The notes beneath the pieces are model-generated. The model searched no databases, had not been told where the DNA came from, and worked only from the letters and a program-made list of their open reading frames with translations. 64,000 bases of DNA from a virus (lineage: Duplodnaviria > Caudoviricetes). Within the stretch, counting starts at the first letter, position 1. Each line of letters begins with the position of its first letter. Position numbers and translations under genes: made by a program. This document shows, piece by piece, positions 8,894 through 18,453 of the stretch. The stretch lies in the IMG/VR virus record IMGVR_UViG_3300042542_006078; one strand, written 5' to 3'.

Positions 8894-9733
8894 TTAGAAG
8901 CTTTGTTTGATTTTTTTTACAACATATTTTGGATCAACAGTTTGATTGAATGTAATGATTCTGAAATTATTTGGGTCACAACATGGCGCACTTGATGGAT
9001 TATATTCAAGTATTTCTTGAATTTTATAAATGAAATTAATTGCGTATCTTTGCCACATGATCACTTTTAGCACATTGTTATCAGATGGATAAAGTAAAAT
9101 CATTCTTGGATGATTTATCGATCCTGCATAGTGAGTTGTTCCTGTATCGCATCCGATATAATATTTAGATTTTTCTATGTATTTGAAAGTTGTGTAAATA
9201 TTGTCGCTAAAGACGACTCGTCTGTCTTTTAATTTGAATTCATTTTTTTTATTGGAGTCAATGATACAAATTGAATTTGGAAAATTAAGTAGAATTTGTT
9301 GAAAAACTTCTTCGGAATTTTTCAATTCTCTTTCAAAGTAATAATTTGGTTTTATGTATGGAATAAACACACAGTCAAATTCAATTTTTGAATTGTCATA
9401 TTTTATTTGGCTTTCAGTATAAAACTTATTTGCTCTAAGGAATGGTGCCCAATTCCAGACACCGACAAGATCGATAGTTGTATTTTCCTCAGAATTATTT
9501 CTTACAAAATTGACTATGTTTTCTGGAAAAACATTAAGCATGGAAATGTAACGGTTTCCGTCTTGATAATTTATATTTATTTTTTTTGTTTTAAGATATT
9601 TGTAGAGTGCGCTTAGTTGTATTTCGTCGCCAATTCTATTTGCAGTATTACATTCAAATATTTTGCCTTTGATGATTGCGCTTTCCCACGCTTCTTTTTG
9701 ATCTTTGAATCTTTGTTCTATGATTTCTAGCAT
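8894..9733 (-). CDS. GT-B glycosyltransferase, family 9 (heptosyltransferase)-like
   Basis: RIGDEIQLSALYKYLK and YYIGCDTGTTHYAGSI..PRMILLY match the GT9 GD and DSG..H motifs. Confidence 0.65.
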   Translation of the reverse strand: MLEIIEQRFKDQKEAWESAIIKGKIFECNTANRIGDEIQLSALYKYLKTKKININYQDGNRYISMLNVFPENIVNFVRNNSEENTTIDLVGVWNWAPFLRANKFYTESQIKYDNSKIEFDCVFIPYIKPNYYFERELKNSEEVFQQILLNFPNSICIIDSNKKNEFKLKDRRVVFSDNIYTTFKYIEKSKYYIGCDTGTTHYAGSINHPRMILLYPSDNNVLKVIMWQRYAINFIYKIQEILEYNPSSAPCCDPNNFRIITFNQTVDPKYVVKKIKQSF

Positions 9734-9748
9734 GATTAAAAATTAAAA

Positions 9749-9783
9749 AAATAAGGGGGAAATTAATCTTCTCCCCCTTATTT
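9749..9783 (-). terminator. intrinsic terminator
   Basis: AAATAAGGGGGA/TCCCCCTTATTT stem with an A run on the left (U tract on minus), downstream of the minus-strand gene 9815-10591. Confidence 0.8.
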
Positions 9784-9814
9784 AAGTAATTAAATTTTTT
9801 TTGTCAACATTAAT

Positions 9815-10591
9815 TTACTCGTCTTCATCTTCGTCTTCGTCTTCTTCCTCATCTTCCTCATCTTCGTCTTCATATTCTTCGTCTTCTTCCTCATCTTCCT
9901 CATCTTCCTCATCTTCGTCTTCTTCTTCATCTTCGTCATCTTCATCTGATGCCACTACTTCAAAGATGGATTGGTTAAGTTTGCGATTGAAAGATTCGTT
10001 TTGAGTGATGAGTTCGGCAATAAAGTTGATAGTTTCTGGTTGTTCGGCCATTACAGCTATGAATGTTTCGAGAAGTCCACATCTTTTCATTTCCAAGACT
10101 GCATCAAGGACATACTGTGAATTGTCTTTGCAAACTGCGAATGTTTCTTTTAATGCTGCATATGCGTTGGATGGTGATGTTGTGAGTCCCGACAATCTTT
10201 CGTTGCGAATTTTCTTGGTGAATTCGGCCAAGCTAAGATTTTTGTTCTTATTGAGCCACTCCATGGTTGTTTTCTTGGGATAATCGCTGACAACTTTATT
10301 GTCTACTCCGTGTGCAGTTTTTGGCATGTTTTCGTAGCCCTTGCCGCCTTTATAGCCAAGACCATCAGAAGCGAATCCTTTATTTGGATCAGGAGCATCT
10401 TTGCCTCCCTTATAAGGTGATACAGATCCTGATTGTTTTACTCCACCTGCATTGGTGGGGAAAGCGCCAAGTTTGGGAGATGATCCATATGGTCCTTCAT
10501 AGTCTGGGACAAGTTGTGTTTTTGCTTTAGTGCCTTTTTCATTGGCTTTTTCACGCATGGATTCAATATAACGCTGAAAATTTTGTCTCAT
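9815..10591 (-). CDS. hypothetical protein with long acidic (D/E) C-terminal tail
   Basis: GGAG SD; starts MRQNFQRYIESMRE; ends in more than 40 D/E residues. Confidence 0.75.
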   Translation of the reverse strand: MRQNFQRYIESMREKANEKGTKAKTQLVPDYEGPYGSSPKLGAFPTNAGGVKQSGSVSPYKGGKDAPDPNKGFASDGLGYKGGKGYENMPKTAHGVDNKVVSDYPKKTTMEWLNKNKNLSLAEFTKKIRNERLSGLTTSPSNAYAALKETFAVCKDNSQYVLDAVLEMKRCGLLETFIAVMAEQPETINFIAELITQNESFNRKLNQSIFEVVASDEDDEDEEEDEDEEDEEDEEEDEEYEDEDEEDEEEDEDEDEDE

Positions 10592-10671
10592 GTGATTTTT
10601 CTCCGTCTGAATACCGTCATCTTATGATGGGTTTATAAAACTATATAATGTTTAATTTTCAAAAATTTAAC

Positions 10672-10677
10672 TAAATA
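10672..10677 (+). promoter_or_regulatory. T4-like late promoter motif TAAATA upstream of tmRNA
   Basis: CTAAATA ends 7 nt before the tmRNA 5' G. Confidence 0.55.
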
Positions 10678-10684
10678 ATCTTAC

Positions 10685-11038
10685 GGGGCCGTATTTAGAA
10701 TTCGATTCGGATGGACGGCTTGCAAGTGGCATGTAGAGGTTGGTTAGAAGGCCTCTTAAAAATCTAACCAAAGCCTTAACTGGCGAAACTGTTTACTCTT
10801 TGGCTGCATAAGTGCAACCACAGACTTAGGTAGCAATGCTAGTAGCGACCGAAAGTTTGATGTAAAATCTGGCTGGTCACATGTAGTTCAACGGGCAAGT
10901 GACGAGATTAAGTTGATAGAGCTTGGATGGGGTTTATTTGTTGTTCCCTTCAAGTCCACAATAAACAATAAGATAAACATGTAGATGCTTGCAGACAGTT
11001 ATGCGAAGACAGCGGGGCAGGTCCGCTCGGCTCCACCA
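10685..11038 (+). ncRNA. ssrA: tmRNA (one-piece), tag (A)GETVYSLAA*
   Basis: Acceptor stem GGGGCCG/CGGCTCC with G3:U wobble, discriminator A and encoded CCA. T-stem AGCGG/CCGCT. Resume context TAACT-GGC, tag ORF 10782-10811 ending LAA-TAA. Helix-2 pairing TGCAAG/CTTGCA. Confidence 0.95.
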
Positions 11039-11097
11039 TATACTTGCTTATTATTCTATGTTGGTCTAAAATTGATTAGGCCAACATGGAATAAAAA

Positions 11098-12318
11098 ATG
11101 AAAATATCTCTTTTCACGCCAACTCATGACACCAAGTATATCCAGAGACTCTATCAGACAATTCGTCGTCAAACTTATCATGATTGGGAATGGGTTATTT
11201 GCCCCAATAATGGCGCTGTTGTTGATATAAAGGATGATCCAAGAGTAAAGATTTATCCTTGTTCTGGATCAACGAATATTGGATATCTGAAAAAATATGC
11301 ATGTTCTAAATCAAAAGGTGATATTGTCATGGAAGTTGACCATGATGATGAATTGTTTCCAACAGCACTTGAAGAGTGCGCCAAGGCATTTGAAGATTCA
11401 ACTGTTGACTTCGCTTATTCTAATTGTTGTGATGTGCAGGAAAATTATGAGCCAAGATTTTTCAGTGAAAAGTTTGGCTGGGTCAATAGACCTTGTTTGT
11501 ACGAAGGAAAACAACTGGTTGAAATGGTAGCTTTTTCTCCAGATCCTGCAAGTATAAGTAAAATCTGGTACGCTCCCAATCATTTTAGGGCATGGAGAAA
11601 ATCATTTTATGATCGAATTGGTGGTCACGATGAAACAATGGATGTTTTAGATGATCAGGACATAATGTGCAGAACTTACATTGAAGGAAAAATGTTTCAC
11701 ATAGATAAGCCTCTCTATGTTTACCACCTTCATCCTCAGAACACTTGCTATGGCGAAAAAAATGCTAAAATTCAAGATTTATGCGTTGAATTACATGATA
11801 AGTATATTTACAAATTGGTTGAAAAATGGTGCGATAATAACAACTTGAAGAAGATCGACCTTTGTGGCGGTTTTGATAAGCCATTTGGGTATGAGAGTGT
11901 CGATTTGTCTAGCGCCGATATTACAGCCGATTTGAATGAAAGATGGCCTTTTGAGGATGGTAGCGTTGGTGTTTTTAGGGCTCACGATGCTTTGGAACAT
12001 CTTAAAGACCCGATTCATGCCATGAAGGAAGCATATCGTTGCCTTGCTCCAAATGGTTGGTTTTTGACCCAAACACCAAGCACAGATGGGCGTGGGGCTT
12101 TTCAAGACCCGACTCATGTTTCTTTCTGGAATAGCAATAGTTTCTGGTATTACACTCGGGCAGAACAGGCCAAATATATTGGAACTCCAGTTAGGTTTCA
12201 GTTAAACAGAATTAAGAATTTCTATCCAAGTGATTGGCATAAATTTCATCAAATATTGTATGTCAAGGCGGATTTGTTGAAGTTTGATGGTCGTGTTGCT
12301 GGCGGTGTTGAAATATAA
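11098..12318 (+). CDS. GT2 glycosyltransferase fused to class I SAM-dependent methyltransferase
   Basis: N-term ISLFTPTH...VDHDDEL (GT2 DxD); C-term DLCGG...WPFEDGSV...HDALEHL...YRCLAPNGW. Confidence 0.8.
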   Translation: MKISLFTPTHDTKYIQRLYQTIRRQTYHDWEWVICPNNGAVVDIKDDPRVKIYPCSGSTNIGYLKKYACSKSKGDIVMEVDHDDELFPTALEECAKAFEDSTVDFAYSNCCDVQENYEPRFFSEKFGWVNRPCLYEGKQLVEMVAFSPDPASISKIWYAPNHFRAWRKSFYDRIGGHDETMDVLDDQDIMCRTYIEGKMFHIDKPLYVYHLHPQNTCYGEKNAKIQDLCVELHDKYIYKLVEKWCDNNNLKKIDLCGGFDKPFGYESVDLSSADITADLNERWPFEDGSVGVFRAHDALEHLKDPIHAMKEAYRCLAPNGWFLTQTPSTDGRGAFQDPTHVSFWNSNSFWYYTRAEQAKYIGTPVRFQLNRIKNFYPSDWHKFHQILYVKADLLKFDGRVAGGVEI

Positions 12319-12341
12319 TTTTTTGTTTAGGACATATTTTT

Positions 12342-13322
12342 ATGAGGCAAGTGGACATTCCTATGTACAAACCAAATAGTCAAGCTTCTTCTTCTCTTAA
12401 GAAATTGTTTGAATATAGATCAGATGGAGATTTTGATGCTTTTGATGATGAAAAAATATCATATTATAATCAATGGTCTACTTCTGATAGCATTCATTTT
12501 TTGCCAACTGCTACAACTGTAAAGCAATTGGTGCCCGGAACATATGATATAAAAAGCAGTCAGGCAAATGGCATTTACTTTGAGAAAATACCAGTAGTAA
12601 CTCATGGTATTATTCGATTTCCAGAAACAAACTCAGAAAAAATTGTGTTGGAGATTCAAAAGTTTTGGGAAAGGGAAAAGCTATTCCGTGATTATAGGCT
12701 CACCTATAAAAGGGGAGTGATGCTTTATGGGCCTCCCGGTTCTGGCAAGACTTCAGCCATACAACTTGTTATGCGTGATGTCATCGAGAGAGGTGGAGTT
12801 GTAATTAATTTCTTGAGTCCCGGTCTTTTTCTGGCTGGGATTAGGAAGTTCAGGGAAATACAGCCAGAAACTCCAATTGTAGTCTTGATGGAGGACATAG
12901 ATTCGATTATAGAGATAAACTCCGAGAGTGAAGTTTTGAATGTTTTGGACGGTGTGAATCAAATAGAAAAGGCAGTATTTCTTGCGACAACTAATTATCC
13001 TGAGAGATTGGGAGATAGGATAATTAATCGTCCAAGTCGATTTGACAAAAGATTCAAAATAGGACATCCCAACCCCGAGAGCCGACATCTTTATCTTGAG
13101 TTCATCATGGGAGGATCTGAAAAAGTAAAGGAAATGCAAATTAATTTGGAAAAATGGGTTGAGGATACGGAAGATTTTTCTCTTGCTCATCTCAAGGAAT
13201 TGTTTGTTGCTGTCGTGATTCTTGGCGATCATTATGATGATGCTTTACAAACATTAATGTTGATGCGTGAAGAGAATTTGTCGTCTAGTGATGACAACAC
13301 AAGAAAGAAAATGGGGTTTTGA
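12342..13322 (+). CDS. AAA+ ATPase
   Basis: Walker A GPPGSGKT, Walker B VLMEDID, LATTNYPERL, RPSRFD. Confidence 0.9.
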   Translation: MRQVDIPMYKPNSQASSSLKKLFEYRSDGDFDAFDDEKISYYNQWSTSDSIHFLPTATTVKQLVPGTYDIKSSQANGIYFEKIPVVTHGIIRFPETNSEKIVLEIQKFWEREKLFRDYRLTYKRGVMLYGPPGSGKTSAIQLVMRDVIERGGVVINFLSPGLFLAGIRKFREIQPETPIVVLMEDIDSIIEINSESEVLNVLDGVNQIEKAVFLATTNYPERLGDRIINRPSRFDKRFKIGHPNPESRHLYLEFIMGGSEKVKEMQINLEKWVEDTEDFSLAHLKELFVAVVILGDHYDDALQTLMLMREENLSSSDDNTRKKMGF

Positions 13323-13852
13323 GCATGACTGATAACATTATTTTGTTGCAGCAAGAATATGTTGTTGTTATTGACACAAACAAACCATCATTTGATTTTG
13401 CAACACAGCTTTGTGCATATTGCACAGGCCATGATGATGAAAATTCAAAAGACCATAAGATGGTCGATAAGTTTTATGATCAAGTCATGCCTCATTTTTC
13501 TGACAACTTGAAAGACAGAATTCGTGATAATCCTTTTTGCGGATTCCTAACAGACAAGATGGATCAGTATGGTTTTTATTCTCCTTGTACGGTTTGGTTG
13601 AACAAGAATTACGGCTGCAACGATGAAGGCGAATATGATATTTTAACTGAAAATAATTTTGATAATTTTAGTCTTCCCGCCCCATTGAGCGTTGGTTTTT
13701 TCTTTGAGAATGAACCAAACTCGGAATTACTCGCCTTGTTGAAAAACAGAATAAATAAGTTTTTCGCCGAGGAGTGGAAATCTCCTGTAAGATTTGAAGG
13801 CATGAGGCTGATCACCAAAACTCTTTATGGTTCTGAAAGGGAAATTGACTAA
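13319..13852 (+). CDS. hypothetical protein
   Basis: 177-aa ORF coupled to the upstream stop. Confidence 0.6.
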   Translation: MSMTDNIILLQQEYVVVIDTNKPSFDFATQLCAYCTGHDDENSKDHKMVDKFYDQVMPHFSDNLKDRIRDNPFCGFLTDKMDQYGFYSPCTVWLNKNYGCNDEGEYDILTENNFDNFSLPAPLSVGFFFENEPNSELLALLKNRINKFFAEEWKSPVRFEGMRLITKTLYGSEREID

Positions 13853-13930
13853 TTTTTGAAAGACTTGAAAAGAGTGGTCTTTTAATGTAAACTGACCAGA
13901 GATTCCATGCTTCATCTCTGGCAGATAAAA

Positions 13931-16660
13931 ATGATTAATGATAAGGCAAGGTTTGTTGATCTTCTTGATTCTGCCATGAAGTCTAGAGGACTTTCTGGCA
14001 AAAAGTTATATGAAAAAAGGCTTAAGTGGGAAACAGAAGAAATCCTTGCAAAGGATAAGCAAAGTTATTTTCTTGATCTTTTTGACAGGAAGATTAAGTA
14101 TCCATCCAATCAAAATAATTTACTGGTTTGTTGGCTTCTAGGCATAGTTCAAGACTTTGATATTAATGATGAGCCAGCGAATCATTTTACGGGTGATTTG
14201 CCTGATGTGGACATTGATTATATTCCCATGGTCAGGGATTATTTGAAAAATGAATGGGCACCTAAAACATTTGGCGAAGAATATGTTTGCAACATTGGCA
14301 ACTATACCACATTCGGGATTAAGTCGGCTTTAATTGACATGGCAAGGGTTCATGGTGAGAGTCGTGAAGAGGTTATGGCTGTCACTAAAAACCTTGACGC
14401 TAAGGACGACGAAGGAAATCCAATCACATGGGATGCCGCCATAAGACTCGATCCTGATTTCAAATCTTATGTTGAAAAGTATCCTTCTGTGGCAGAGGCA
14501 ACTAAAAAACTAATCAATCGTAATCGTGGAATGGGAGTTCATGCAGGAGGCTTGATTATATCAAGAAATCCAATTCACGATCTTGTTCCTCTAGTGAAAA
14601 GAAAGGATAACCCGCAAGCAAGTGCTTGGGTAGAGGGTCTTCATGGACAAGACTTGCAACCTGTGGGTTTGGTTAAATTTGATTTATTAGTTATTTCAAA
14701 CCTTTTACAAATTGCTCGTTGTTGTGAGATGGTAAAGAGCAGGCGTGGAATAACCAGTATTTGTGGAAGGCCGGGAGAGCCTGATTGGTCTGATGTCGAT
14801 TCTTGGAGAAATGACGCAGATTCTTTGGCCATGGCCAATTCCGCTGATCTCAAGTGCATATTCCAATTTGATTCGGAAGGTATTCGTGGCCTTGTGAGAG
14901 CAGGAGGAGTAGATCGATTTGAGGATTTGGTGGTTTACTCAGCGATTTTTCGTCCCGGCTGTTTGAAAGTTTTAATGGACAAGCGTTATGTTGAGCGCAA
15001 GAAAGGTCGTGAAAAATTTGAATTGCATCCACTAATCAAGCCAATCCTTGAAAAAACTTATGGAGTCATGGTTTATCAAGAACAAATCATGAAAATATTG
15101 CATGTCGTTGGTAATATTCCTCTTAAAGATTGTGAGGCTGTAAGAAAGGCGATTAGTAAGAAGAAAATTGAATCAATTGCAAAATATAAAGACATGTTCA
15201 TTGAAAATGGAATGAAAAATTTAAGTTACACCAAAGAACAAATGGAGGAATTTTTTGCACAGATACTTTCTTTCAGCGAATACGGATTTAATTTATCGCA
15301 TGCCGTGGCTTACAATTACATAAGCATGTATCTTTTGTATCTCAAATCTCATTATCCTCCTGAATTTTATGCAAGCATGCTGTCATGTGAGACAGTGAGT
15401 GATAAAATAAAAGATTTCAAAATGGAGGCAAAGATACATGGCGTTAACATGCACAGGCTTGATATCAATAAGTCAAAAGTGAATTTTGAGTTAGTTGGCG
15501 ACATGATTTATTATGGTTTTTCAAATGTAAAGGGAATTGGAGAAGGTCCGGCTCAAAAGATAGTTTCCAATCAACCTTATTCATCTTTTGAAGATTTTCT
15601 TTATAGATGCAGCACGGACTCTTCAATACTTAAACCAATTTTAGGACTGCGTTGTTTTAGGGATCGTGATCCTATTACATTGTGGAAGTTTGCTGAACAT
15701 TTCAAGGATTGCTTGAAGAAAAATGAAGACAGGAGAAAAAGGTTTGAGGCTATTTTGCAGAAGTACGAGGAAGATTTGAAGATTTTGTTGCCAGAATGTG
15801 GTTTTAAGTTATCTGATCTTAAAGGTGAATCTCCATTTGATGGAAGAGAATATCAAGAAAAATATGATATTAATGAAGAAATTGAGGTTTTGAAAGAATA
15901 TGAATGTGATCCTAGTGAGGGTGTTGGCCGAATTGAAATGGAAACTATGATAGTAGATGGTACTGATGTGACAATTGAAAGAGAAGTGATGAGGCACTAT
16001 AAAAAAATTGTTACAAAGAGGCCTTGGAATAGATGGAATGAGTTGAAGAAGTTGTGGGTCAAGAGACTTAGGTCAATTCAGAAATTTTCCGAAACTGAAA
16101 TGAGATCTTTGCCGAAGCTAATTGGATTCGACGCAGACAAATATGATGTTCCTAAAGAACTTGAGAAGGATTTTAGGAATCCTATTCTTTGTGAGGAAAA
16201 GTATTATGGTTTTGCTTGGATACATGAGCTTGAAAGAAGTCCTGATTATAAAGGCAATCTGACTTTTGATGCTATTCGTAGCAATCATGATGGATCAAGT
16301 GGTCCTGTTGAGTTGAAAATTAAGAAAGTTGAAGAAAAGACTAGCAAGAAGGGATCAAGTTATTGGCAGATTGCAGCGGAAGATGTGACGGGCCAAGAAA
16401 ATAAAATAAATATTTGGGCTGATGATTGGAATAGGTGGAGCAAGGAATTTGTCAAAGGTAACTTACTTAGGGTAAGGCTTCAGCCTCCAAATGGGGGATT
16501 TCCAACATTTTTGTTGGAATCAAATCAGGGTAGTGGAAGATTCCGATTCCAGAAAAAATATCATGATAAGGAAGACGATCCTAGAGTCATTATTATGAGG
16601 TTTGGTAAGGCTGAAGAAGAAAAGCATATGACTGATGAGGAAGTGTTGAATTTGCTTTAA
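13931..16660 (+). CDS. dnaE: DNA polymerase III alpha subunit, C-terminal fragment (palm, fingers, HhH, OB)
   Basis: DLPDVDIDY, GVHAGGLII, VKFDLLVISNL, KTYGVMVYQEQIM, FSEYGFNLSHAVAY, YGFSNVKGIGE, C-terminal OB-like fold. Confidence 0.92.
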   Translation: MINDKARFVDLLDSAMKSRGLSGKKLYEKRLKWETEEILAKDKQSYFLDLFDRKIKYPSNQNNLLVCWLLGIVQDFDINDEPANHFTGDLPDVDIDYIPMVRDYLKNEWAPKTFGEEYVCNIGNYTTFGIKSALIDMARVHGESREEVMAVTKNLDAKDDEGNPITWDAAIRLDPDFKSYVEKYPSVAEATKKLINRNRGMGVHAGGLIISRNPIHDLVPLVKRKDNPQASAWVEGLHGQDLQPVGLVKFDLLVISNLLQIARCCEMVKSRRGITSICGRPGEPDWSDVDSWRNDADSLAMANSADLKCIFQFDSEGIRGLVRAGGVDRFEDLVVYSAIFRPGCLKVLMDKRYVERKKGREKFELHPLIKPILEKTYGVMVYQEQIMKILHVVGNIPLKDCEAVRKAISKKKIESIAKYKDMFIENGMKNLSYTKEQMEEFFAQILSFSEYGFNLSHAVAYNYISMYLLYLKSHYPPEFYASMLSCETVSDKIKDFKMEAKIHGVNMHRLDINKSKVNFELVGDMIYYGFSNVKGIGEGPAQKIVSNQPYSSFEDFLYRCSTDSSILKPILGLRCFRDRDPITLWKFAEHFKDCLKKNEDRRKRFEAILQKYEEDLKILLPECGFKLSDLKGESPFDGREYQEKYDINEEIEVLKEYECDPSEGVGRIEMETMIVDGTDVTIEREVMRHYKKIVTKRPWNRWNELKKLWVKRLRSIQKFSETEMRSLPKLIGFDADKYDVPKELEKDFRNPILCEEKYYGFAWIHELERSPDYKGNLTFDAIRSNHDGSSGPVELKIKKVEEKTSKKGSSYWQIAAEDVTGQENKINIWADDWNRWSKEFVKGNLLRVRLQPPNGGFPTFLLESNQGSGRFRFQKKYHDKEDDPRVIIMRFGKAEEEKHMTDEEVLNLL

Positions 16661-16704
16661 TAAACTCATCATATATTAAAAAAACGGTATAAATAGGAAA
16701 ATAT

Positions 16705-17208
16705 ATGACAGATGACATTGTGATTGATGAATCAAATTTCAATCAATATTTTAGAGATTGTCGCATGCATCGCCCTGAGAGGGGTGATGTGATGGCACGA
16801 TATTCTGCGATTGCTGAATTTGTTGATGGAAAGATGAAAAAAGACATCATTGATTTATTGACGAATTATGACAATAAAGCTTTAGCGGCAACTCAAGTTA
16901 TGCGTAAGCTTGGATGCGCCACAGAAAATGAATCAATCAGAATTTGCAAAGAAATTGCAGAGGACTTGGATTCTGGGATGACTAATGAAGATGTTGAAAA
17001 CAAGGTTTATAAGTATAAAATGGAAGTTATATATTACACAAAAAGAGAATATATTCCAGAAAACGACCCGCATTGGACTGTAATTAGTATTGCAAATTTG
17101 GACAAATTCTTGGATAAAGCTAATCAGATGGTAAGCATCAGGACCAAGATATGTGACCAGACTGGAATGGAGAAATCCGATGGAGACGAAAAACAAGAAT
17201 TGTCGTGA
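16705..17208 (+). CDS. hypothetical protein
   Basis: 167-aa ORF preceded by TATAAATA (16688-16695). Confidence 0.65.
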   Translation: MTDDIVIDESNFNQYFRDCRMHRPERGDVMARYSAIAEFVDGKMKKDIIDLLTNYDNKALAATQVMRKLGCATENESIRICKEIAEDLDSGMTNEDVENKVYKYKMEVIYYTKREYIPENDPHWTVISIANLDKFLDKANQMVSIRTKICDQTGMEKSDGDEKQELS

Positions 17209-17752
17209 AACTATTCTGGTAGACATTTGTTATTCTCCTTCTGCTGGTAATTTTGCCAGAACTCATAAAATAATTGGCGAGCGCCACAAGATTGGCAATT
17301 GGTTCTATTGTCGTGATATATTTCATAATATTTTGTGGAATTTGAAATTATTTTTTTTCACCACCAATATTGGCAGGGTTTCAGCAGTTATCAAGTTCAT
17401 GGAAATAATTGAAGAAAAGTTGGATGTTCAGCCTAGATCGCAGTTTGGCCCCACACAAATGAAGAAAGTAATGTGGATTAAGCCAAGTTCTTGGTGGACT
17501 TCCTTGGGAATGAGAAGATCGTTATTCACAATTTTGTTGAGGGCTGGTTTGAAATATGTGCCATCAAAAGACAATTTTGATGAAGCCATTCAACTTGAAA
17601 AGTATTTGTCTAAAACGCCATATGCATTTCAAAGATTTATGATGGGATATACGAAGTATGCTGGTCGTAAAAGAGGATGGTATAGGCAATTTTACGATTT
17701 GAAATTAAGCGACGAACAAATAGATAAACTTCTTGTAAAACCTGAGAAATAG
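17180..17752 (+). CDS. hypothetical protein, paralog of 46913-47584
   Basis: Shares RSLFTIL.R...Y.P.KDNFDEA and RFM.G.TKY.G with the later ORF. Confidence 0.7.
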   Translation: METKNKNCRETILVDICYSPSAGNFARTHKIIGERHKIGNWFYCRDIFHNILWNLKLFFFTTNIGRVSAVIKFMEIIEEKLDVQPRSQFGPTQMKKVMWIKPSSWWTSLGMRRSLFTILLRAGLKYVPSKDNFDEAIQLEKYLSKTPYAFQRFMMGYTKYAGRKRGWYRQFYDLKLSDEQIDKLLVKPEK

Positions 17753-17844
17753 TTTTGTTTGTCATATATAAATTAATATTTGAATATTCTTTTTGGAATA
17801 TTAAAGGCAACTGAAAAATATTGTCATAATAAAAGGAAAGCAAC

Positions 17845-18453
17845 ATGAGCGACATGATGGACGATATCAACAAGTATGCAGCTATATGGGATAAAGCTTT
17901 GGCTAAGGGAATTTTCAATAACGCTCCCAAACCACCTACCCCATCAGAGCCACAATCAACTGCTGATTTCTTTGGTCAATATAATTCTGATGATTATGAC
18001 ATCAATGGTTCTATGAATTTGAATGAATCTGAAGTAAAATATTGGTCCCAAATGGCCAAGATTGCTTCAAACCGATCTGCATATCACATGCCTTTGAATG
18101 AAGAGCGTCAAAATGATGTTCCGACTATCAAGAAGATGTCCAATCGTTTAGGAAGCACTTTTAATCCTGTTTATCCGAACACGGTTGGTAAGGATCAAGA
18201 CTTGGGCACTCCAGTCAAGGTCACTCAGAATTGGGGAGTTGGAGGCAAGGAACTCAATGATCTTGCCGATTTGAAAAAGAGGCTTCATGAGCTTGAAGTT
18301 AAATTGAATCAATCTGGAATTCTTAAAAGCGAAAAGGGCAAAAAGAAGAAGGATTCTGATGAAAGCACCATTATCAAGGGGATGGATGATTTGAAGAAGC
18401 AAATTGATGATTTGTCTGACCGCTTGAACGGTAACAATAGTGATGCAAACTAA
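17845..18453 (+). CDS. hypothetical protein
   Basis: AGGA SD; 202 aa; C-terminal coiled coil. Confidence 0.65.
   Translation: MSDMMDDINKYAAIWDKALAKGIFNNAPKPPTPSEPQSTADFFGQYNSDDYDINGSMNLNESEVKYWSQMAKIASNRSAYHMPLNEERQNDVPTIKKMSNRLGSTFNPVYPNTVGKDQDLGTPVKVTQNWGVGGKELNDLADLKKRLHELEVKLNQSGILKSEKGKKKKDSDESTIIKGMDDLKKQIDDLSDRLNGNNSDAN

Noticed and set aside
9801-10004. Poly-serine ORF on the + strand
   Set aside because: Antisense shadow of the D/E-coding tail of the minus-strand gene.
8050-13960. Split intein or intron joining the two dnaE parts
   Set aside because: No Cys/Ser start or His-Asn end motifs at the fragment ends, no group I/II intron features noticed, and the intervening DNA holds ordinary genes on both strands.
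17171-17190. AGAAATCCG just before ATG 17180
   Set aside because: A 9-nt handle match with no complementary GACGG arm; also within the upstream CDS.
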